From a virus: a stretch of DNA of 64,000 bases. The notes below the pieces were generated by a model. That model was given only the letters and a program-made list of their open reading frames with translations. It had not been told where the DNA came from and ran no database searches. Positions 15,450 to 22,884 of this stretch are shown piece by piece. Within the stretch, counting starts at the first letter, position 1; each line of letters begins with the position of its first letter. Location of the stretch: the IMG/VR virus record IMGVR_UViG_3300020579_000012, positions 4,946 through 68,945 of that record; one strand, given 5' to 3'. The position numbers and the translations under genes were made by a program.

Positions 15450-15471
15450 GCACTGAATCGTAGTACTGTGC
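15450..15471 (-). promoter_or_regulatory. 22-bp dyad motif copy
   Basis: GCACAGTACTACGATTCAGTGC; 3 nt before ATG 15446. Confidence 0.55.
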
Positions 15472-15846
15472 TTACCTAAGATCGTACTTATCCTGCCACG
15501 CAGAGATTCTCTTCTCGTCCCGTACAAGCTCTCCCTGATGGACAGACCAGATTCCTTTTTGATCTACACAGTGCTCGCCCATCGCTTTACAACCTGAAGC
15601 GACACAAACCCACCTAGCGTCCTGGATATGGTGCTGATGCCGATAAAGGCACGACTGGGAAGTGCAGTTGGCTCCCCAGCCTATACTGTGGCCGCAGTGG
15701 ACGATATCCCGAAGTGCTACGTAGTGCTTCTTGTGGCGTCCAAAAGAGCATGGGTTTGAACGGATCACCATCGAAAGAAACATCACTGTGACGACACATA
15801 TGACCACCACGACCGGGATCATCAAGGCGTATTCGAAATCGGTCAT
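15472..15846 (-). CDS. N-terminally anchored Cys/His-rich protein (124 aa)
   Basis: TM segment LMIPVVVVICVVTVMFLSMVI followed by many Cys and His residues. Confidence 0.55.
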   Translation of the reverse strand: MTDFEYALMIPVVVVICVVTVMFLSMVIRSNPCSFGRHKKHYVALRDIVHCGHSIGWGANCTSQSCLYRHQHHIQDARWVCVASGCKAMGEHCVDQKGIWSVHQGELVRDEKRISAWQDKYDLR

Positions 15847-16556
15847 TTGCTATTCTCAAGAGCTAGTTTTACGAGAGTTTCAACGGTGAATTTATCGTCG
15901 ACAGCCCCGTAGTACAGGTCTTTCGGAATAACCTCCTCGCGGGTCAGACATGAGCTCTCTGTAGTCGAAAACTGCCAGCCAGGGTAGTCCTCGACACCGT
16001 AGACCTTGTTGTCGATCCGGCGCCAGTCCCGGCCGAAGAGGGCATCGTGCCGGACCCAGAAGAAGGTCCCGGCCCAGCACCAGCCGCCGCGAAACGGCAT
16101 GTCCGTCGGAAGGTGCGTCCAACGAAGGCAGCCGACCGTCCCGAAGCGTTCGAGGCGCCGATCGATCACACCAGGGAATAGCAGGTTTGCACGGTACAGA
16201 AGCTCCGTCCAGCGCCGGACCGGCTCACGGAAGAAATCGTTCTTCGTAACGCCCTTTGCGTGCGCATAGAAAGTCGCCTCGTCCGACCGCCTGGACTCAA
16301 GCATCCCGAGTCCCTCAAGGAAGTACGCAGTCTCGGCGAGTGCAGGATTATTCCGGCGGACCAGGATCTCGGCTTCGAGCGGCGAAAGCTTGTCGCGAAG
16401 CTCGGCCTCCGGAGCGGTCCGGTCGTCGAGCGCCAGGATGACAATCCGGCGACCGTTCCAGACGTGCCGGTACTCGCGCAGGCGATCGACGTGCCAGGGC
16501 CAAAGCGTCCCACGAATCGGATAGCAGTGGAATAGGAGGTTACGGGTCATCGTCAT
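15843..16556 (-). CDS. hypothetical protein (237 aa), first gene of the second sugar-transferase cluster
   Basis: Long ORF; I recognise no motif with confidence. Confidence 0.6.
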   Translation of the reverse strand: MTMTRNLLFHCYPIRGTLWPWHVDRLREYRHVWNGRRIVILALDDRTAPEAELRDKLSPLEAEILVRRNNPALAETAYFLEGLGMLESRRSDEATFYAHAKGVTKNDFFREPVRRWTELLYRANLLFPGVIDRRLERFGTVGCLRWTHLPTDMPFRGGWCWAGTFFWVRHDALFGRDWRRIDNKVYGVEDYPGWQFSTTESSCLTREEVIPKDLYYGAVDDKFTVETLVKLALENSK

Positions 16557-16614
16557 TGCCAGTTTCCGAGGTCCTTCCGCATCTGCGCCAGCACGTACTC
16601 AACCCAGTCGGCGG

Positions 16615-17139
16615 TTATTTTTTTTTTTTTGAAATACGTCTATTCAACTGTTGCTGAATTCCGGTTGCCCAACGGATGTTGCCGGGTTCGTAGTTCCCGT
16701 TATTTTCGATCCTATCGATCGATACTTTAGAGGAAGGCTTCCTTCCGATCTCATTAACTAAGTCGTTAAAGAAATCATAAAAAGACCTCCTCCAGCGAGC
16801 ACATACAGATATGCCGCGGCCTCCGTAGTTTTTGAAATTTGTGTGGTTTTTATTATGGCACCTCTGAATCATTGCTTCCCAAGTTTGGTACTCAGGTTTG
16901 AATTCAGGTTTTCTAGACATTCCGTGAGTTCTATTTAAGAAACGCTCATCTCGAATACATCCGCAAGATCTCGTTGGATGCCCAGACCTTGAAAGTGAAC
17001 TTCCGTTCACATCAACTATCTTTCCGCAAAGGCATTTACATCTAAATCTTCTATCTCTGTTTCTGCCTTTAACGCCTATAAATTTAAGGACAGTTAATCT
17101 CCCAAATTTCTCTCTGACAGAAACGGATGCCGGTCTCAT
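16615..17139 (-). mobile_element. free-standing HNH homing-endonuclease-like gene
   Basis: FGRLTVLKF..CKCLCGK..SCGC..YGGRGISVCARW..SIDRIENNGNYEPGNIRWAT; visibly more AT-rich than its flanks; ends in an A14 run (KKKK). Confidence 0.8.
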
Positions 17140-17150
17140 CCTTTAAGTCT

Positions 17151-17933
17151 CTACTTTACAGAGGTAATCGAAAAAGATGAGACCTTCCAAGCACCGCCAG
17201 CAGCGACTACGAACAGGCGTCCGGATATCGAGACCTTAACGGCCGGGTGCAATGACGCCTGCTTCCAGTCAACGTGATTCTTCGAGAAGTCTTTTCCATC
17301 CAGCTGCACGATCAGTGCTTCCCGGCGAACCATCAGCTTGACTGTTCTTGGTTTCCCTGACTTGAAGACACACCCATTCGCGTGCTCGCCCTCGCCTCCG
17401 CCGACAAGCGCGAGGCAGCTCTTCGTGCCGTCGTAGCAGTCGAAGTGGAAGGCGCAGAGACCGCCAGGAACGACGATGCCGACGTCGAAGTCCTTGTTTC
17501 CGGAGTCTCCGCGCTCGACGATGAGCGTCAGATCATACTCCTCAGGAAGAGGGCCGTAGTCAAACATCAGCGGTGCGCGCGTCGGCCAGGAGGCCGTTCC
17601 TACGAGGGTTCGTCCGACGAGCTTCCAGCCTTCGGCTTTCTGAACGTCCGCCTTCAAGAGCAGGTCGGTCGTCGCGGTCTGTTTTGTGGGGAAGGATATC
17701 GACGCCCCGGTCAGCGGTCCTGCAGCAGGAGCGGCTGGGTCCTCAGACGGTACCGACAAACGCTCGACGTCTGCCTTGCGGACGCTGACGGTCCGACCGT
17801 CCTTTGTTTGGATAGAGTAGTTATCTCCGTCATCGGAGAGCGACTTCCAGGCGAGGCGCTTCCCGTCCCGGAGGAGCATCTCGTCGGCGGAACATGGGAG
17901 TGCTAACAGGAACGCGATCACAAAGAACCGCAT
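17151..17933 (-). CDS. secreted protein with signal peptide
   Basis: MRFFVIAFLLALPCSADE; beta-rich C-terminal domain. Confidence 0.7.
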   Translation of the reverse strand: MRFFVIAFLLALPCSADEMLLRDGKRLAWKSLSDDGDNYSIQTKDGRTVSVRKADVERLSVPSEDPAAPAAGPLTGASISFPTKQTATTDLLLKADVQKAEGWKLVGRTLVGTASWPTRAPLMFDYGPLPEEYDLTLIVERGDSGNKDFDVGIVVPGGLCAFHFDCYDGTKSCLALVGGGEGEHANGCVFKSGKPRTVKLMVRREALIVQLDGKDFSKNHVDWKQASLHPAVKVSISGRLFVVAAGGAWKVSSFSITSVK

Positions 17934-17940
17934 AACGACC

Positions 17941-18075
17941 TCACTTTCTCTTTAGGACGTCCCAATACGGTGTTTTGCACTTGCCACATCTACGTGGATG
18001 AGGGTCTTTGGAATGCCAGACACAGCCCTTCCGTAGACACTTGTGCTCGTACAGCCTGATCGTGATTCTCATCAT
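17941..18075 (-). CDS. zinc-ribbon mini-protein (44 aa), probably translated from a leaderless or near-leaderless mRNA
   Basis: Not in track. MMRITIRLYEHKCLRKGCVWHSKDPHPRRCGKCKTPYWDVLKRK; the ATG lies about 9 nt after the -10 box. Confidence 0.45.
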   Translation of the reverse strand: MMRITIRLYEHKCLRKGCVWHSKDPHPRRCGKCKTPYWDVLKRK

Positions 18076-18083
18076 GCACCGTC

Positions 18084-18130
18084 AGTGTACACCATCAGTG
18101 TACACTTGTCAATGTAAAATCACTGTACAC
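18084..18130 (-). promoter_or_regulatory. sigma70-type promoter overlapped by three GTGTACAC-type palindromes
   Basis: Minus strand: GGTGTACAGTGATTTTACATTGACAAGTGTACACTGATGGTGTACACT. -35 TTGACA (18112-18107), 17-nt spacer, -10 TACACT (18089-18084); palindromes at 18085-18092, 18098-18105 and 18123-18130 (one mismatch). Confidence 0.65.
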
Positions 18131-18857
18131 CCATTTTCGAATAGACCGGATGCTTCCGGACATCCGCGCGCTCCTGGTCGGTCATGTCGTGCCACTGCTT
18201 CCAGCGACCCTCACGGACCTCGCGCCAGACACCGAATGCGGTGTCGTACTCGACCTTCTGGTCGAGCTCCTTCTTCTCGATCGCCTCAGCGGTCGAGGCG
18301 CTTCCGCGATGCCAGATCGGACAAGAGTGGACACGAACTGATCGGAGACAGAACGAATGCAGCGCACGGTGGATCGCATCCGAGTCAGACATGTAGAAGC
18401 GCATCCGCTCGTCGACCCCTCGCAACTTGTTCCAATAGTCTCGGCGAATCGCCGCAACGTAAAACTGGAGTTGGTCGGTCGTCAGACGGTCGTCGATCTG
18501 ACGCTCATCGGAGATCTCACGCATAGCCTGTCGTGACGGCATCGGCTCCGAAGTCGGCGACGACCCGAACGGATCAGGCGTCGCGAAGGCAAGATCCGGA
18601 TTCCGGTCGATCGCTTCGACGAGACGAAGGTCCCAGTCCGGACAAAGTGCAATGTCTGGGTTCATGATAACAATATAATCACCGCGTCCAGCCGCCGCGA
18701 GATCGTTCCAGAGTCTCGAGAGCGTCTTCGAATTACGACTGTTGTCAAAGTAATGGACTGCGGTTTTACAGGCGCTCATATTCGAGATGTCCTGACGGAG
18801 TCTTGGTAGGTACATGTCGGATCGGTACCCGACTAGAACAATGTCAACTTTCCTCAT
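18120..18857 (-). CDS. glycosyltransferase family 2-like protein
   Basis: Trimmed to ATG 18855-18857; ..DYIVIMNPDIALCPDW..LRGVDERMRFYMSDSDAIHRA. Confidence 0.6.
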   Translation of the reverse strand: MRKVDIVLVGYRSDMYLPRLRQDISNMSACKTAVHYFDNSRNSKTLSRLWNDLAAAGRGDYIVIMNPDIALCPDWDLRLVEAIDRNPDLAFATPDPFGSSPTSEPMPSRQAMREISDERQIDDRLTTDQLQFYVAAIRRDYWNKLRGVDERMRFYMSDSDAIHRALHSFCLRSVRVHSCPIWHRGSASTAEAIEKKELDQKVEYDTAFGVWREVREGRWKQWHDMTDQERADVRKHPVYSKMGVQ

Positions 18858-18865
18858 AGCTTCCC

Positions 18866-19462
18866 TCAGTAGATATAAGCGATCACCTGATCTACCCAAA
18901 TAAGAGCATCTTCCTTCTCCGGATAGAGATTTACAGTCGACTTTACATAGTCGAAATCTCCGCTGTAATGGTTTCCGAAACGACCTACACGTCCAGGCAC
19001 ATTCGGTGCGACCAGCATAGGCGTTCCGACGTTCCCACACAGAATTTCTTTTGATCGCCAGCAGTGTCCGTACGAATGCCTCGGAGAGCAGGCGAGCATC
19101 TTAAAGAGATGTGGACGGGTCGGGTTCTCAGAAACGACCTGACGGATACTGTCGATTGCCCCTGGAGAATATGTGTCGTCGTCGTCCATTACGACGACAT
19201 GGCTACCGAAAGCCTTCTCAAGGCCTACGTTTTTCTGGGCCTGTCCGACCATCTTAGTGACCGGTCCAACTGTGAATTTAGAATCGATCCAACGCCTGTA
19301 GAAATCGAGGATCTTCTCTGCTTCCGGAGACGGACCATCACTGATGACGAGCAGCTCATCGACATTCTTACGGAATCCGTTGTCGATGATGCTGCGGATC
19401 GTCTGCTGAAGCGTCGGACGTCCGACCGTCGGAACTATGATAGATAGCCTGATTTCGCTCAA
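18866..19462 (-). CDS. glycosyltransferase family 2
   Basis: TTG start overlapping the upstream stop (TTGA); LSIIVPTVGRPTLQQTIRSI..VVVMDDDDTYSPGA. Confidence 0.75.
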   Translation of the reverse strand: MSEIRLSIIVPTVGRPTLQQTIRSIIDNGFRKNVDELLVISDGPSPEAEKILDFYRRWIDSKFTVGPVTKMVGQAQKNVGLEKAFGSHVVVMDDDDTYSPGAIDSIRQVVSENPTRPHLFKMLACSPRHSYGHCWRSKEILCGNVGTPMLVAPNVPGRVGRFGNHYSGDFDYVKSTVNLYPEKEDALIWVDQVIAYIY

Positions 19463-21177
19463 GGCTGTACCTCGATCAATCTGTTTGTAATAAGTTCTGC
19501 GGTAATATCCCATGTCATCCGACTCATCCGCACCTGTAGTCGTTCCGTTCGCTCACGAACCTCTCGACCTCCGGAGTGGACAGTTCTGATAAGCTCAGCG
19601 AGGGCACGCCGGGCTCTGGCACCATAGCGCGGCCAGTCCATGTCGACGTACCACGGAGAAACGGACTCCGCTTCCGGACACTTCGATATACCGTCTTTCT
19701 CAAACATCCAGGCATCCTCCCCGAGAACGTCTGGATTCGCACTGTTCCTAGGAACGATGATAGGCTTACCGCAGGCCGCCCCTTCGTGGGATGGGAGCCC
19801 CCAGCCTTCACCAAGACTAGCCGATACGATAGCGTCCGACGACGAGTAGATCTCTGCCATCTGCGTATCCGTGAACTTCCCTTCAAGGATCCAGACGCGC
19901 GTCTTCAGATTTGCGAGCTTGTCGTGAATCCTAGACGACCAAGATCCAGGAGCGTGCGTCGTTGCGATCACGAAGTCGACGTCGGATTTCTTCGGAAACG
20001 CCAGTTCGATCGCCTCCGCGATAAACTCAAAATTCTTCCGGCGGGAAGGTAGTCCGACCGCCAGTGCAATCCAGCCGGACGGGGATCTGTAGTTTCCTCT
20101 TTTCGAGGTCGAGACGAGACGGCATTCAGGGAATGCTATTTTCTTCAAAGGTTTGAAAATTGCTGGATTTATTCCGAGCGGAACCACTCTTGTCGGGATC
20201 CGGACGCCGGAACCGACAAAGGCGCTCTTCCCCCAGTTCGTACACGTCCATAATTCCGAGTACCGAGAATTGATCTTCTCAACCATATCTCGGTGTACAC
20301 GATCAGTCTCCATTAGCGTGTAGCAGATCGAGAATCGATCTTTCTGCGGCTCGTGATCTGGCCCAAAAATCCTTAGGATCGGCGCTTTCGGGCCTATCAA
20401 CGTCGACTGGAATGATTCGACTTTAGTTCTTGTGTACTCGTCAACGAGTATCGCCTCCTTGGAATCTGATTCGATCCGAACAGCCAAACTATTTGCTATC
20501 CGGAATAGGATCTCGCGATTAAGGCGACCGTATGATGCCCAGGATAGGAAGTGTCCTGACTGCAGAACCTCAGGAAAATTAGACTTTTTGTAGACATGCT
20601 TTAGAGCTGTAGATTCAACCGGCTTAGGTTTAGGAGGTTCATAGGTAACAGCTGGAAGCGACTGAACGCTTCCGAACCGCACGACCGCGTCGGATTCCGG
20701 GATGAACGACTCGGCGTGCCAGCGCCATGTCGGCGGCAGGAACAGGAAGGAGGTCTCCCGCGTCTCGGTCAGGGCGATACAGAGATTAACGTCCTCCTTG
20801 CCTGGATACGCGGCGTTCCGCTGGACCCAGCGGTCGAGTAGGCGCCGAGCACCCGTCGTCGGCCGGACGAGGATCGTCTCGAGCGAGACTACTCCGATCC
20901 CGTCGAACTGCCGAGGGGTCGTCGGCGTCGAGCCGATCCGGTCGACGTAGGCTGCGACGTCGAAGTCCTTCGAGCGCAGCCGCTCCAAGACCGGTGCGGT
21001 CCAGACGCGGGCCCCAGGCTGGACGAACAGGAACCCGTCCCGCTCGATCGTGAAGCGGCCGAGTGCGTCCAGGAACGCGTCAGCCGGGGACGGCCCGCGT
21101 GCGAGCGCGCAGATCGTGATGCCTTTCACGTGACCGACGAGCGGCGACGGGGCACCCTTGAAGGTGACGACGATCAT
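19459..21177 (-). CDS. two-domain glycosyltransferase (unknown N-terminal domain plus GT1/GT4-type C-terminal domain)
   Basis: ..SASLGEGWGLPSHEGAACGKPIIVPRNSANPDVLGE.. Confidence 0.8.
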   Translation of the reverse strand: MIVVTFKGAPSPLVGHVKGITICALARGPSPADAFLDALGRFTIERDGFLFVQPGARVWTAPVLERLRSKDFDVAAYVDRIGSTPTTPRQFDGIGVVSLETILVRPTTGARRLLDRWVQRNAAYPGKEDVNLCIALTETRETSFLFLPPTWRWHAESFIPESDAVVRFGSVQSLPAVTYEPPKPKPVESTALKHVYKKSNFPEVLQSGHFLSWASYGRLNREILFRIANSLAVRIESDSKEAILVDEYTRTKVESFQSTLIGPKAPILRIFGPDHEPQKDRFSICYTLMETDRVHRDMVEKINSRYSELWTCTNWGKSAFVGSGVRIPTRVVPLGINPAIFKPLKKIAFPECRLVSTSKRGNYRSPSGWIALAVGLPSRRKNFEFIAEAIELAFPKKSDVDFVIATTHAPGSWSSRIHDKLANLKTRVWILEGKFTDTQMAEIYSSSDAIVSASLGEGWGLPSHEGAACGKPIIVPRNSANPDVLGEDAWMFEKDGISKCPEAESVSPWYVDMDWPRYGARARRALAELIRTVHSGGREVRERTERLQVRMSRMTWDITAELITNRLIEVQP

Positions 21178-21461
21178 CTGCTCCCTCGCTTATTCGATTT
21201 CGCTTTTGTCTTGTGCTTCCCGTTTCCATTCCTTGACACATCGATATCTGCCGTATCGTAGATCGGCATAGTCGGCTTTAGAATTATTTGTTTTATCTTA
21301 ACAGGCTCTCTTGAGAGTCGAGCTCCTTCACATTTCGCTTCGTGACTTAAACCACAAGACCCTTCCCAGCCGAAGGATTGGTGAACGAGTTTGAAGCAGT
21401 ACGGGCAATGTGAGATTGCATATTTCTCACATTCAGTGCAGACCTTCAATTCCGTTGACAT
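21174..21461 (-). CDS. Cys-rich protein (95 aa)
   Basis: CTECEKYAISHCPYC. Confidence 0.5.
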   Translation of the reverse strand: MSTELKVCTECEKYAISHCPYCFKLVHQSFGWEGSCGLSHEAKCEGARLSREPVKIKQIILKPTMPIYDTADIDVSRNGNGKHKTKAKSNKRGSR

Positions 21462-21736
21462 CTAACCTCCAATTCGTGTGCAACGACCGACGCAAGGTCC
21501 TCGATGGTCTCCGGATGCGACGGGAGCGGAGCATCAAGTTCCAAAAGGATGTGGATTAATTTTCCTTCGACCGGAAAGACGGCGGACTTGTTCCAGTCGA
21601 GCGGCCAGCCGGTGAACCGCTCGTTCGTATCAAGGTCCTGAAGACACCAGGAGCAGAGGAAGCAGACCGGCCTTCGAGCCAGCAGCAGCTCCCGAAGCGC
21701 CGAGGACATTTCTATTTGTCGAAGGACTTCGCCCAT
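21446..21736 (-). CDS. hypothetical protein (96 aa)
   Basis: ORF track. Confidence 0.5.
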   Translation of the reverse strand: MGEVLRQIEMSSALRELLLARRPVCFLCSWCLQDLDTNERFTGWPLDWNKSAVFPVEGKLIHILLELDAPLPSHPETIEDLASVVAHELEVRCQRN

Positions 21737-21954
21737 TTCTCCCTCGCTTCCGTCTCACGTGCAATGATCGTATCCTTGAGGCGACGAGCTTCCTCGATCT
21801 GAGGTGTCGTTGCCTCGCCATCGACGACCTTTCGAAGGAGCCTCGAGTACCTCGCCCGAATCCGGTCAAGCTCGGTCCAACCGCGATCACCGCGACGTCG
21901 CTGCGGCAACGGACCGAATATATCGGATGTCTTTTTACGTCCTGTTTCGCCCAT
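21712..21954 (-). CDS. hypothetical protein (80 aa)
   Basis: Trimmed to ATG 21952-21954, preceded by GAGGAGG and the palindrome TCGTGTACACGA. Confidence 0.5.
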   Translation of the reverse strand: MGETGRKKTSDIFGPLPQRRRGDRGWTELDRIRARYSRLLRKVVDGEATTPQIEEARRLKDTIIARETEAREKWAKSFDK

Positions 21955-21965
21955 ATCACACCTCC

Positions 21966-21977
21966 TCGTGTACACGA
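21966..21977. promoter_or_regulatory. GTGTACAC-core palindrome at a gene junction (perfect 12-mer)
   Basis: Minus strand: TGATCGTGTACACGAGGAGGTGTGATATG. Confidence 0.5.
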
Positions 21978-22217
21978 TCAGTTCTCATCCCGATCGATAC
22001 CGTACTGGTCGCACATTTTATGGAGCGTGTCGAGCTGTCGTTGGGTCAACGGTCTCTTGTCGATCTGGAGTTGATCGAGAATGCTCTGAAGGAATCCAGC
22101 CTCCCAGGTATTCAGGTCATCCTCCATAACGTCGAGCGCCTTGGCGAGTGCGAGCTGGCGCTCCAACGTTTCGTTGAAAGCTCGGTCAATGTCGCCAAAT
22201 GGATTCTCAGCGGACAC
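21978..22217 (-). CDS. hypothetical protein (79 aa)
   Basis: Trimmed to GTG 22215-22217 with AGGAGG 6 nt upstream. Confidence 0.5.
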   Translation of the reverse strand: MSAENPFGDIDRAFNETLERQLALAKALDVMEDDLNTWEAGFLQSILDQLQIDKRPLTQRQLDTLHKMCDQYGIDRDEN

Positions 22218-22665
22218 CGAACACCTCCTGGATCTTAACGACGGCGTCGAGAGCCTCCTGGTAGACCGTGGTTCCTTCAAGCGCTTGCAGATCCAGGAGC
22301 GTTTGCAAACATGTTCCATTCCGACCAAAGCGGATCGGCGAGCGGGCGCCTGGAACTTCCTTCACGATCGTCAGGCCGGAGGCTGTCAACATCTCCTCGG
22401 TCATGCATTCGAGGACAAGAAAAGCCTCGTTTCCGGAGAGTCCGGCCGGATAGATATCGCCGTTGTACTCACGAACTAGCGAGAGCCAGAGTGCCTTCTT
22501 CTCACAAAAAAGACTCTTCGGCTCACACGGGCAGACGCCGGACCAGTCCGAGCGACAGCGGATTCCCTGACGCCAGAGGTTACCGAGGACCCCAGCACCC
22601 TTCATAAGGCGGGACGGGATCATAGCGCGTTGCTTAGCTGCGATAGTCTCTTGAATCGAGCTCAT
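22207..22665 (-). CDS. hypothetical protein (152 aa)
   Basis: ORF track; first gene downstream of the AT-rich iteron region. Confidence 0.55.
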   Translation of the reverse strand: MSSIQETIAAKQRAMIPSRLMKGAGVLGNLWRQGIRCRSDWSGVCPCEPKSLFCEKKALWLSLVREYNGDIYPAGLSGNEAFLVLECMTEEMLTASGLTIVKEVPGARSPIRFGRNGTCLQTLLDLQALEGTTVYQEALDAVVKIQEVFGVR

Positions 22666-22705
22666 TTTCGTACCTCAAACGTATCTAACATTCGCATTTT
22701 GAGAC

Positions 22706-22866
22706 GGTGAATTTAGTGACGAAAGTGACAGACCAAACCTATTCTGCTCCACAATTACACACACAGAAAAATATTCCTTTATCGCTACTCTACATAATAT
22801 TTTTCAATACCCTAATTACCAGGGTAGAATAGGTTAGTTCTGTCACTTTAGTCACCAATTGTCACT
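22706..22866. repeat. AT-rich region with inverted clusters of GTGAC iterons (candidate replication origin)
   Basis: GGTGAatttaGTGACgaaaGTGACAGA (22706-22732) faces TCTGTCACtttaGTCACcaattGTCAC (22840-22866). The 17-nt inverted repeat has one mismatch, and iterons are spaced 9-10 nt apart. Confidence 0.5.
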
Positions 22867-22884
22867 GAAAACATCATTTTTAGA

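Noticed and set aside
21231-21262. Plus-strand TTGACA-15-TATCGT promoter-like sequence inside minus-strand genes
   Set aside because: The spacer is short, the -10 box is weak, and there is no downstream plus-strand ORF. It is most likely a chance match.
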